A stretch of DNA of 61,944 nucleotides, the filler included, from Circinaria calcarea (lineage: Eukaryota): NCBI GenBank assembly GCA_051942165.1. It is 3 parts of 3 records of this genome, joined end to end, with 100 filler letters (N's around TTAATTAATTAA, not from the genome) between each part and the next. Parts side by side here need not be neighbours in the genome. Positions count along the whole stretch, not along the records: positions 41,369 to 61,944 come from JAVECS010000172.1; 2 more parts are not named here. One strand, 5' to 3'. How positions within the stretch are numbered: position 1 is the first letter of the stretch; the number at the start of each line of letters is the position of its first letter. Position numbers and translations under genes: made by a program. Positions 50,072 through 61,944 of this stretch are shown piece after piece. Under the pieces are notes generated by a model. The model worked only from the letters and a program-made list of their open reading frames with translations, was not told where the DNA came from and did not search any database.

Positions 50072-50775
50072 TGAGCCCACCTAACCTAAAGCCATAATAC
50101 ACTATGTCAAGGACATCGTGCAGCCTCAACCCAGCCTAACCTTTCCTTCTGGTATGGATGAGTTGTGGTAGTTATGAGGATGGAGAAAGATGAGTGGGGC
50201 GGAGGATGATTATGGAATGGCATTACAGCTGGGGAATGTAAGCGAGTGTGGTCTCCAAATCGTGTGATAGGGTATCGAGCGGGACTTTTCTTTGGCCACC
50301 AGGAGAAGTACAATAGCGATCCTCATATTCGAGCTCCGGCCTATGTCGGCCCCTTTGAGAGGCTTTTTGGTAGCTTATATTAAGTACCTGGTCGGGAAAT
50401 AACTCTTGCTAGGATTGATGATTCTAGTTAGAACACGGCAGCAGGCTGTCTATTTTATGATGAGCTGTGAGATCATGTTGCTTCGACCAGTTGATGCCCG
50501 TAAGCGAACTAAGGGGCCCTAACATGATAATCCTGCGGGGGCGCTAGAAGCTGTAAATGCTGCACCAGACTCCTGAGTGGTGTACGGAGGTGAAGGGAGC
50601 GTAATGAGGACATGACCTCTAGGCTGAGACTGTGGGTTTGTCCGAGCAGCCTAACAGGAACCAGCCAGACTGGCCTCAAAGCATTTTAAACAGACCTCGC
50701 ATTTTCTGGATCATCTTACTAGGCTAGAGAATTCCGGTAGCCTGACAGATAGCGAAGAAATGTACTAGATCGAAG

Positions 50776-53700
50776 CTATCCAGTCGTTATGAATTTCCTA
50801 GTCGAGGTACACCAATTCAGGTAGTCTGAGAAAAACGCCGTTCTGACCTTGCAAGCCGGATCGGTAAGGAAAAGCAGTTGGGTATCCGCATAACGTTGAG
50901 TGACATCAGCAGGTCGACCTCCATTGGATATGATGAATTTCGAAACCAATATGCTGGCTTGACTGCATGCAGTACCATATGCATTGGAGCCTTCTTTCAT
51001 TGCTGCTTTGTGTATTTGTTCGAATAACGCAAGAAGGCCATGATTGTCTGGGAAGTAGTTGTGATGCTTCAATTTAAGCATTTTTGAGTACTCTCGGATC
51101 AGGCTACACGCTTTCTCGGAGACTTGTTTGCTGCTCGTCGTGTGAACTAGTGTAAGCAGAGGCACAATTATACCCAATGCTAGCTCCTTTGAGTATTGAT
51201 GCTTGATGTAGATCTCCAAAAGCTCCAAGACCCGCGATTTAAAGAGTACCACATTTTCTTTAGCATCTTTTTTCTCCGTTTTCTTGCTGGTTACCTTCTT
51301 CCTTTCTCTGAATACTTTCTCCAGGTGTTTGTCAAGAGCTTCCATTTGCTCATCATTCATGTCTTCGTCCGATGACTCATGCTCATTACTTACTGCAAGA
51401 TCTTCATCCCCTCTTCTGGTACCTAGAGCTTGTGCAAGTTTGGCATCGAAAGCAGCCAGTTCGTCGTCCGTTACTTCAGAATCATCACCACCTTCTTCCC
51501 CACTCCCAGATGACCCATCTGTTTCTGAACCATCGGAGCCATCACCATCAACACCACCATCTATGCTCACTTCCTCAACATCTGACATATCTACATCGCT
51601 CCGGTCTTCATTGGTGGGCTCGAACATCAATGCTTGGCCCACAATGCTTTCGTTTGTCTCAAGAACCTGCACCTATTAGCAAACTAGTTTGACGTAGAAC
51701 AATCTGGGGAATGAAGAACTTACTCTGATCATCGAGTGTAAGCCATCAGCCGTGATGATAGACGTACACACTGAAAAGACCTGCTGAGCGAGTCGCCGAA
51801 ACAAAAGTGAAGGTTTCGACACGAGGGTGAGCAGAATTTCTACTAGAATCTCAGAGCCCTTTTTGTGTGTATCTTCATCTTTGTGCTTTAGCAAGCCTTT
51901 GTAACAATCTTGTAATTCATCCAGCATATTTACTGCATCCGCATCGGCATTGTAAACTTGTAACATGGTAAGGCAATATAATAACTCAAAGGCGTTGAAA
52001 AGATCCTTCTTTGTCTTATCCTCCACCTTCCCTTTAGCGTGGATCTTTTCGAGGATCTTCCAAGCACGTCTTATTTGTTTGTAAATCCTGTCGTCTGTAC
52101 CGAAAGTAATCAATGTTGAGTCACCCAGAGTCTCACGCTTATGTATTATAGACACTATGTCATATGGATAGTTCGAAAGATCAGCTGTTTTTGCCATGAG
52201 GTGAGCCAAAGCAGATGCTATCCTAGATCTGAACATCTCACGAGACGCCTGACTAATGGGGGGTTCGGGAGCCTTCCGCAGACCATCAATGTCTCCCTGG
52301 GTCTCGAAATATGCGTACTTAGCAAGTAAGCCAAGGATCTGTAAAATTACCATGCGGCAGTCGGAGACTGTACTCCCCCTTTCGTCTTGTATCGGCTTAG
52401 ACCGTATGACCATGATTAGGTAGTCAGCAATGACTCGTCTTCTCGCTGAAGCAGCTTTGTCATCGGTTATCTGAGGATGTAGGATCATCTGATCAAATCC
52501 AGGTACAATAGCTTGTACCGTATGAAGTGAAGCTTGATAAATCAGTTTTTCTATTGTCTTTGTCTTCGTAACGATATCAAAGTTGATATAACCGTTTGTG
52601 ACCATTATCTCCTTGATGATAACAGGTATTGAGCTCGGATGGTCTAATACCCTAGAATATATGGACTTGAGGCTCTTCTCGGCGATGCGATGGAGGTACC
52701 TTTCCGGGGAGGCAAGCTGATTGGCAAGACACCGTACGAAGTTCTTCCCAAACAGAACAGGCAAACACTCTGGCGGAGCAGTTTGCACGTATTGCTGGAA
52801 GAGGAGAAATCCCCAGTACTTTCGTTCGTCGGAAGAAGATACGGCGAATAAGATACCTTGTAGAGGTAAGCGCTGAATTCAGTAACGAAGATGGGACTCA
52901 TCATCACTCACTATCCACAGCATCCGCCCATAAATCTGCAAACGTGACTCGCTTGGAACCACTGACATCATTAACCGGTGGTATGTTAAGAAGAGTAGAA
53001 AGCACGATGCTCCAGGCAAAGTGCAACTTCGGAGTCCATGTAGCTTTCTGGGTGACATTGTCGTTGAAGTTTTTGGAGTCTTCCGTGGCTGAAGCCTCTT
53101 TCAATATCATAGCAAGTTTGGAACGTTCCTTACGATTAAGAGGGTCTTCGTGGTGCCATACCCCCTTAGGCTGTTGAATCTCTGGAAAAGAGCTTGACGC
53201 TGTAATCCAAATCGCTATCCCTTCTGGTGTCTTCGCTAACCCACTCGCATGCAACTTCTCAAGAAGAATCTGAGCATAGCCAATGCCATTGGCTTCTTTG
53301 CTTAAGCTCCGAAGGCCCCCAACCAGGACCCACCCACATTCTTCGCGGAGCCATGGTTTCTTCTTTGCTAGGTCGTAGACGAGATCGAGTATATGTTCCC
53401 ACTGTCCGGTATTTCCATCGGTATTGGAAAGAATTCTAGACTTGATGATTGCTTCTGCCCCAAATAATCTGCCGAGGTAGTAATCTCTTTCTTCCTGGGC
53501 TCACATTAGTCTCCACCAATACCCTCTGTGGCATGGGCATCTCACCTGGCCAGACACATTACCACTAATCCGGGTCCGATCTTCCAGAACTTCGATTATC
53601 CCGGGGACATTCGGGAAAGAGCCTTCCAGGTATTCTTTGCCTGGGCCAAAGAGCTGGACCAGAAATTCCGTCAAAGCTACAGAGAAGCCTAGCCGAGCTG

Positions 53701-53908
53701 CTTTGCGACCACTACATAAGCCACGGACTAATCGTTGGAGAATTCTATTCAATTGCTCGATTCCAGGGTGATTCTTGTAGGAGCTTATAGCAAGTAGCGC
53801 TTTGGCGGCCTTCAGGCGGATCTCTTCGTCCTCATTCGCAAGATCTTCAAAGGTTTCAACCGTCTGAGAATTTGCGCTTACTTGCTCCCGGCGTCGCTTT
53901 TTGGACAT
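50776..53908 (-). CDS. POL5: DNA polymerase phi / Pol5 (MYBBP1A family, rRNA biogenesis); exons 53908-53546, 53494-52912, 52856-51724, 51666-50776
   Basis: LQRLVRGLCSGRKAARLGFSVALTE, ERKYWGF, ERYLHRIA, MNDEQMEALDKHL..VF, FKSRVLELLEIY. Confidence 0.93.
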
Positions 53909-55542
53909 GATTTAGAGGTCAACTGTGTTCTGATCATCTACGTATCTCAGAAAAAGTAAAATGATATCCATGTGGCTGCAAACCAGGTAAACAACTTTGA
54001 GACCATAGCTTAGCTCGGCGTTAACACATGCCGAGCCGATAGGGCAGTGCTTAAGGGGTAGGTATTTCCTTGTAGAGGTCCCTAGTTCTCTGTCCGCTTC
54101 CAAAGTAAACATGCGACTTTAATGCTTCTGCTTTTCAAAGGATATGATATCCTCTCCGCGAATCTCAATCTTGATTCGCATTTACCAGCAAATACATTAG
54201 ATCATGACCTGTCTGGGCTATTTCATTGATCTCAACTGCTCCGTGGAACATGTCGATTGCCCAAAATAGTGTTAGATGAGATTCTCTACTATCTTCTTCT
54301 ACGGCCAATGCAGAATGTGGTTCTCAGTTGATTAATACCCTCCCATTGCCTCCATTACGTTCTCCACATTTCTAGAAACAAATCTACCTGCATACTTCTG
54401 ACCTTACTCCTAAACCCCATGACTGTTGGGCATTCTTGCTGGTGAAAACCCAAATTGAGATTGAATTCTCTAGTCAAGTCCGTTATAGAATTACTGCTGA
54501 GCCAGGAAGCTATAACATAAACGTTGTTAGAACATTGAGGGTTAGGTATCTGAGGGGAGGGAAATTGTAGGCTGTACAGACCTACAGGAGACTGCTTGAA
54601 ACCGCGGAGGTTGTGCTTTGGCGGAGTATATATAACCTATACTATAAAAGAGAACGAAAGTTATAGGTATCCTGACACAATTAGCAAAATTCGAATTTCC
54701 TAGACAGGACCCATGGAGATGTCCTGTTGTTTCTTCAGCATCTTCCTTGCTCGTTCCAACTAACTCTACACTCTCCTTTCACCCGTTCACTCGTTCCGCA
54801 GGGCGGAATCGGCCAACCTGTTCAGCTCCAGATGCCTAAGATCGGTGGAGGTCAAAGCTTCAGCCGTATCCATCTCTCTACCATGTGGGGAGCGGCGGCA
54901 TCAGAGCTGGGCTGGGGAATTGTGAAAGACAATCGAGAGGGAACTAGCCATTGGCCTAGATTTCATAAATAATGGCACAAGGCAAAGACTGCCCCACCGG
55001 CCCCTGAGGTAGAAAGCAAGGGAGAAGGGAGAAGGGAGTTTTGCGAGAGGTGAGGGAGTGGAAAAGAGTGAAAGTAGTGTATTATATAGTTAAATGTGTT
55101 TGGTACACTAGCAGTGTATGGACTGCTCCTATAGTCTTCGATGCATCAATCAGTCTTATTCTTCCGTACATGGCGGGGACATTCAAGGGATTTCAAGAAT
55201 TACGCCCGTCAAGCAGACCTCGGCACGCTTGAACATCTCACGCCTCATTCAGATGTACGGAGTCCACCGTGATCTCCATTTGTGGCATCGCAGAGCAGCT
55301 TATGGCATCTGAAATCAGGCCCATGCGATCAAGGTCCTACCAATTGAAACTTTTGAAATTACTACACAGATAGTGATGCGAAGGAATACGAACAAAACGT
55401 GACTATAAGGAGTCCAACATGCTCCGCTCTAAGCCTATACCCGGGTTTAAGTATAATATGGTGTTTGTTCGGGTACCTTCTTGATTTTTTCAGATCGCAA
55501 TTGTAATTGGATGGGAAGCGGGAGACTACGTCATGTTCCACG

Positions 55543-55573
55543 ACGCGGCTGTTTGTTTACTTTGACAACGCGT
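55543..55573. promoter_or_regulatory. Candidate cell-cycle element: MCB-like sites flanking a forkhead site, in the POL5/CDC25 divergent region
   Basis: ACGCGG-C-TGTTTGTTTAC-TTTGACA-ACGCGT. Confidence 0.4.
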
Positions 55574-57601
55574 TAACCTCAATCCGATCAGGTTTTTTCG
55601 ATCTTTCCGGTCAGTGGCTTCCGACCACGACTGGATAGGCTAAAAGACGAGGGCTGCGGAAATTGGAAACGTACATTGGCCCATAAACCAGTGGGTTACC
55701 CAGTTCATCGGCGATGCTCCCGCCCCTCCCTTGCGCAAGATGGTCCAAATGTAGATGGATGCTTCGATTTTAGGCCGTATGAACAAATAGGTAACGAATG
55801 ATGATGAGTTGTCAGTCACGGCGTTATTTTGTTAACAGCTTGTTTGTTTTCAATATCTCCGAGAACAACCTGTCACACTTTGGCTTGCTGCTCGAGGTGA
55901 CGTAGAACTCGTCCGATGCCAGATCGAAGATCTGACGGAGCCGGGGAGGAAGCCAACAGTCATAGCAGCCAGACAAAGGCCCAATCAGTTCCATCCTGCC
56001 AATACGGACCTGGAGTCCGCAGACTCTGCCAGCGCCAAAGCACAGGCGTTTCAGGAAGGCCTCCGAAATCCGGAAATCCGAGAAGCAGGCTGCCCCATGA
56101 TCGCCAACGCGAGTGGGAGAGGTAGTTTGGTGCAGCGCTTCTATATCCTGGCAACAGCATCTTCTCGGGCCTGAGGCTGAGCCGTAAGCGACCCTAAAGT
56201 AAGGCCGGGTGGAATGAAGCTATCTTTCTTCGAGTAGCAGCAGACGGCAGCCACTTTGGGAAAGATTGCGCTATTCTCGATAGCAGATTGAGCTAGACAA
56301 GGCATGCCTGTGGCCTGGACAACTCGGCTGTCGTGCAGTATGCACATCCATTGCTGAGGGTCAATTGAACATTCCTGAGCACCGCTGGAGAAGGAGTCGA
56401 AGCAGCTGGAGAACGAACGGTGATTCTGTGCTCCACGATGTCAGCCTTGATCTCAGGAACGGTTTGAATCTGGATCAGGGTTCGGAGCAATAGAGCGTCT
56501 CCCATGTGGCCGCAAGGGCGCATATGAGAGTAAGGGAGAAGGAGTGCCAAGGTTTTGCTTGCTTTCTTATCCGTCGACTCCACCCCACCTATGGCAACCG
56601 GCAGAATCCCTGCCTTACCAACGGAGAGAATGATTGGCATGTCTCGCAGCGCCGATTATTGCCTTGGCGAAAGATGGTCTTCCGTAGGGCCAGTCCTAGA
56701 ATAGAGCGACTCCCTTTGTAGATGGATGCATGCATCATCATCACACAGCGATGGAAGACTGTTGCTCGGTGACTGAGGGCGTCTGAACGTGACCAAGTGT
56801 GTAGCGTGGCCCAAAGTGGCAGAAATTGGTTAGCTATTGCTCAACCGGTTACCGCTGAGATAACCGCCCTACGCTGCAGTCCACCGTAGAAAAGGCTTGC
56901 AGGATGCCGTGTCTTTTTGCGGGCCTCATCAATGCAGGCAGCCAATTGCACGGGCAAACCCTAGAATCCTACATACCTTAATCGCATTTCCCCTTCGCTT
57001 GCCAGGGCCTGAGCTCGCTTCTGTAGGGAAGCCCGGGACAACCACCATGGATACCGGCCTGATATGCAGCACGACTGGCCAAGCCAGGGCCATCCCCGCC
57101 AGTTGCTTCGACAACTCTAGGAGCTCCAGCTTCAACCCATATTCGGAGCTCTTCACTCTTCTACTTCTTCTTCTTCACGAGCTTCCTCCTCTTTACCTCC
57201 TCCTCTCCGCCCTCTCGTGAAGCACCACCCTCCTCGACGGCCTCTTCATCACCGTCGCTCGCTTCGTTGCTCAGCCCCTCTGTTCCCCCGGACCAGCCTC
57301 ATCCCACGGCCTCTAGATTCCGGACGACGAAGGAGACGAAATCCGTACCATGCTGTCTAACTACTAGTAGTTTAGACCTTGGGCATCCAAGACGTTAAAG
57401 ATTATCGGGATTACAATTGCTTCGAATTGGATCTTGCTTCTCGTCAGGCCCAGCTGCCTTTCTGCACCACACTCCAACATCACTGGCTTTACAATTGCTT
57501 GTACATACGCGTTGGAATTTACACATTGAAGGAGCCGTTCACAATTGCTGTCAGCTTGTTCCAATTTGGTTACCACAGATCCATTAGCAAAGGCTTGAAA
57601 G

Positions 57602-59464
57602 ATGGAGTGTTCGTCCCCCTTGGCTGCTATGCAGGCTCAGACGCTACCGTTTGGCAATTGGGGCTTCCGGTTGAATGCACCTACGTCCAATCCACATTGC
57701 GGGGGCAGTGCCAATCTTGGGGCAGGTAGCTTCAACTTCAGGGACCTCAGCATGAACAGGCCCCCGACGGATTACTTTAACATAAAGCCCGTCCGTGGAT
57801 CATCTCCAACATCCAGCCTAGCAGCAGACTTATCCCAAAATTTTCACATTGATCGAAGGTAGGAAACTATGCCCTTGGTCGAGATGGGAAGGAAGCACTA
57901 ACTTGTAACAGTCCACAGTTACCCACCCCGAGACGATCCTTGTTCTCTTCCCACCTCTTAGGAGCGCATACCGGGCGGAGTATGAATCTTGTAAAGCGTT
58001 GATAGTATGGAGGCTTACAAGAGATAGAAAGTACTCTCACACCACCGTTGCCCTCATCCTCACCGGGTCCGGGAAGCGACTCCATGGATATTTCGCCTCT
58101 TCCCCACAAGGTGCCGTTTGTTACAACGCGTATCCGGATCCAATCGCCTACGCCTGAGCCAACCCCGACTACCAATTCGATGGACTACACACCATGCCAG
58201 GGACCTCAGTCACCGCCAGGTTTGGTCAAACCAAATGCTCCAATTGAGTAAGGTCCTCATTTGTCTCGTGTAAGTATAGCAGACTGACAGCCTACAGACG
58301 CAAAAGGCCTGCTATGCTCCGACCGAGTCTGTCCCGCACGAAAGGTCATTCCACCACGGCCGTGTCGATTAGGTCCGCTGGACTCGACAACCAACTCCCT
58401 GCCTTCAAATTCGGCAATGGACCATCGTCTGGCTCTGGATCTCTTATGTCCCTTGAAGAATGCTTCGTCGAATCACCACAACAAACTGCGTTCCTGAATT
58501 CTTCCACGACAGTGATGGGACCTCCCAAATCAAGATTGGCTTTCTCTAACTTAGGTACAAACACTCGCTCAAGCAATTCACCTCTGACTGGTCACATCCG
58601 GAAGCCAAGTGGCCCTACACAACGACCTAGGAAACAGTTCCGTCGATCTCTAAGCATGTTCGAGCATCCTGCCGAAATCATGAAACAGCCAAAGCCTGAT
58701 CAGCTTGAGGACCATTTACAATCGATTATGGACGTTGATGACGCCCCAAAGCTACAGCTTCCCCATTTTGTACCTGAACAGGATGTGATGCCCCGGATTA
58801 CCAAGGAAACAATGATCGACATCCTAGACGGAAAGTACGATCAGTGTTATGAAAAGTCACTAATAATCGACTGTCGCTTCGAATACGAGTACAAAGGGGG
58901 TCATATAGACGGAGCTATCAATTTTAACAACAAGGAGGAACTGGCAAACGAGTTGTTCCAACAAACCTCGTCTCAGAAAACATTGCTCATTTTCCATTGT
59001 GAATACTCTGCGCATCGAGCCCCTATCGCGTAAGGTTTATACCACCCTTCGTCTTGTACAGTACTGATTCAGAATACAGTGCTAGGTTTATCCGTCATGA
59101 AGACCGTGCCACGAATTCTCATCAGTACCCGAAACTGACGTTCCCCGAAGTTTATATCCTGGAGGGTGGATATAGCTCCTTTTTCAAAGATTATCGGATT
59201 CGTTGTTTCCCTCAGAATTATGTCGAAATGAACGATAAGGAGCACTCCACTGCCTGCGAACGAGGTTTAGGACGAATGAAGCAGCAGCGTGGGAAATTGA
59301 GCAGGGCGCAAACATTTGCATTTGGCCAACATAGTCAACCATTAGAGGACAGCCCGACCGCCGTGAATCGGCATTGTGGCGATATCATGATGGGTATGGA
59401 CCTTTCTCTTAACCAACAATTCGACCTTCAGCGAAACCGTGCTAGGCGAATGGCATCCTATTGA
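57602..59464 (+). CDS. CDC25: M-phase inducer phosphatase (Cdc25/NimT/Mih1); exons 57602-57858, 57912-57979, 58028-58247, 58298-59029, 59080-59464
   Basis: IIDCRFEYEYKGGHIDGAIN, catalytic HCEYSAHRAP, YILEGGYSSFF; N-terminal RGSSPTSSLAADLSQNFHID. Confidence 0.96.
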
Positions 59465-60600
59465 CATTTGCACCGTCTTCCCCAACTCGGCACCATTACG
59501 GCGTTACGTTAACCGGCGCATATCTCGTTTTCAAGGAGTTATTACTGTCAGCAATGCCGTTATGAATGTACAGTACGCAACCGAATCCCGCATCGGCTGG
59601 GGAATTGCCCTATTCGGACACCAGCCCGACAGTCAATTCCGATTAGTCTCATTCTTTCAGAGGTCTTATCAACAATATCCGTCAGACCTACGGCTACCCG
59701 TCGCTATTCGAGTTTTCTTCACGAGTTTCCTACCCAGAGAGCTAGACTCCCTGTCTCCTGCTTGCAAGGCATAAATGCATGTTCCGCTTGGAGCTGATGT
59801 ACCGGTTGCTGCGATTATGACCATGTTCACCTATCGCATTGCGAACGAGGCATTTCGTTGTTTCCACCTAGCAATTCTGTCATCACCATCGCCACCCTAT
59901 CCGCTTGAATACCATCGACTTTTCGTATTGTACTCGGTCATTCAGCGTCATCTCATCCCGTAGGATTCTCCAATTCAGAAACTCTCGACGATTTCTCTCT
60001 GTGGAGAATCTTAGAGGGATTGTCACGGGATTCTCACTCTTCGAACCTATCATCGTCGCCACGTACCGGGAATACTCAATGCCTTTACTGACCTGAGTCT
60101 GAGGTTTTCCATTGTTCGTCTAATTGTCGAGCTCTGTGCACTTGGTGTATGCCATTGTTCTTGATGGGGAGGCCACTCTTGAGGCTTCTCATGCAGTATC
60201 GGGATTTGGATTCTCGGTTGTATACATGACGGTGTACGTAAAGCAGGCATAGACCGAGGGTTATGAAGGAAAAGCATGGATCACTTTTCGGTCCTTTAGT
60301 AGTAGGTAGACCATGGTGGAACTCGAGCAATCAAAGAATTCAAACCCATTAACTCCAAAATCTACTAGATTAAGTTCTTTTCTCATGCTAGAGGTATATG
60401 CTGCTAGTCATCCCATCAGATGCTAGACCTAAAGTCAATGCCCGAAACCATCCGAGCGTAGCGCCGATTCGTAAATTCTAAATCAACTAATACGAATGGA
60501 GAGTATGAAACCCAAGTAAGATTGTTCATTACCAGTATCGAGTGTAAATCAACAAACACACGCCTTCAGTTTTCTCGATGTTTTCTTTCGGACGGTACCT

Positions 60601-61396
60601 ATGGACATTGATGACATCCTAGCCGATATCGACGGCCACGGAGAGCCCCAGGAGACGCGCGACTTGCAAGAACTTACCCGTGCCTGGGTAATCGAGAGGA
60701 GTGCCCCAGAAGTACTACCATGGCCCGAATCCTTGATGGGGCGCGTCTTGGAAAGAGTCCGCCAACAGGTCAGCTGCTTGATTAACGATGCTCAGGGCAT
60801 TCGTTTATACTGAAGAGCTAATCCTCGAGGGTTTCCAAAAGATCGAATTGGTCGAGGAGCAAACGGGCGACATGGACCCCAAGACCAATTTCCGTCTCAT
60901 CATCCTCCAAACCGAGCTCGAGCGGTTCAAATTCCTCGTCCGCTCTTTCCTACGTGCAAGAATCGCCAAGGTACCCATGGCTCCTAGACAGGTCGTCTTG
61001 GGAATTTCTATCCTCTCAGCTAACAGCACAATCTAGATTGACAAGCACGCGCTTTACTACCTCACAAACCCGACCCAAAAGGCTCGACTTTCGGCATCTG
61101 AGCTCCAGTACACCACTACGCATCAGACTCTACTCCAAGCTCATTATCATTCCTCGTTCCTGTCCCAATTCCCTACCTCCCTACAACGATTGGACGACAC
61201 GGTCGGCGGCATAGCTATGATTGAGCAGCCCGACGTTGACAAAGCAGTTTTTGTAAGGGTGTTAAAAGATGTCCGAGAGCCAATTGTTATGGATGGGACA
61301 GATATGGATTTCACCATGAAGAGGGGCGATGTTTATGTTGTGAGATGGAGTGCCGTCCGAGACAGCGTCATGGAAGGCGATGCAGAGCTCATATAA
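60601..61396 (+). CDS. SLD5: GINS complex subunit Sld5; exons 60601-60768, 60842-60970, 61037-61396
   Basis: [62 protein letters not shown]. Confidence 0.95.
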
Positions 61397-61595
61397 GCGT
61401 CCTCTGGTTTGGTATTGGCTAAAGAATGCGCATCACTTGGCCCATACAGTTGTGTGCTCTCATTCTACCGGAAGCTGTCAATCTCCAGCTGGGAAGAATA
61501 AGGAGAAGTGGATTTATTCGATGGCAACAGGGCCCTACGACCCTGGATGGAGATGGATTCCGTCCTTGTATCTTATTAACCGCTCACATTTTAAA

Positions 61596-61944
61596 CTATG
61601 CAGCTGCAGAAGAAGAGCTCTCATTGCCGAGCAAGGTATTGCTTTCCACGAAAACAGCATGTACCGCAGCAAAGGCAACACCCTTTAGTCGGGTTCTCGA
61701 CAACAAGAAATCTGTGTCCTCACACTGCGGTGGCCGAAGATATCTCAACTCGGCGAGTATTTGTAAAAAGCGCTACACTAACAGCGAAAAAGGGTAGAAA
61801 ATCCTACAAGGGCTCCAAGACGCCCAATCAGGGATCTAATAAAGTACAAGATAACAATAGAGATGGTAGGAAGTACTGATGCAAGTATGGCGCTCATAAC
61901 TCGAGCAGTGTCTGCAATCTTCGAGTCCTCATAGTTCACCAATC
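61596..61944 (-). pseudogene. 3' end of a DUF6594-like membrane protein gene, frameshifted, cut by the window end
   Basis: LVNYEDSKIADTARVMSAILASVLPTISIVILYFIRSLIGRLGALVGFSTL, +1 shift in the A5 run at 61787-61791, then FAVSVALFTNTRRVEISSATA and, after an intron-like gap, FAAVHAVFVES. Confidence 0.7.

Noticed and set aside
50776..61396. POL5-CDC25-SLD5 as a functional replication cluster
   Set aside because: Ordinary core-gene neighbourhood; Pol5 acts in ribosome biogenesis, and adjacency alone is not evidence of a system.
1..61944. CRISPR arrays, rRNA, tRNA or a secondary-metabolite cluster
   Set aside because: None recognised; no repeat-spacer arrays, no PKS/NRPS/terpene synthase motifs.

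Overview
This is intron-containing DNA from a filamentous ascomycete (Pezizomycotina-type genes, 47-200 nt introns with CTRAC branch sites). It is not one locus. Two artificial 100-bp linkers (44 N + TTAATTAATTAA + 44 N) join three pieces of nearly equal, descending size (1-20589, 20690-41268, 41369-61944), so synteny should not be read across them. Contig 1 is accessory-like: a bZIP factor, a DUF3824-like gene, a small hypothetical gene, four TA-flanked MITE-like hairpins (two abutting ones share a core but have different arms), an older TIR element with a nested MITE, and two decayed housekeeping pseudogenes (HhH-GPD glycosylase and ADE4). Contig 2 is mostly core: HAD hydrolase 3' end, a hypothetical gene, phytase, FIP1/NUP49, a Zn2Cys6 factor and SPF31/DBP4. 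Contig 3 has a possible LTR remnant, POL5, CDC25, SLD5 and a broken DUF6594-like gene end. It also holds the best candidate for an undescribed system: a head-to-head pair of a large fungal AAA+ ATPase and a STAND/NACHT-like protein with a degenerate P-loop. All family calls are from motif recognition; no searches were run.
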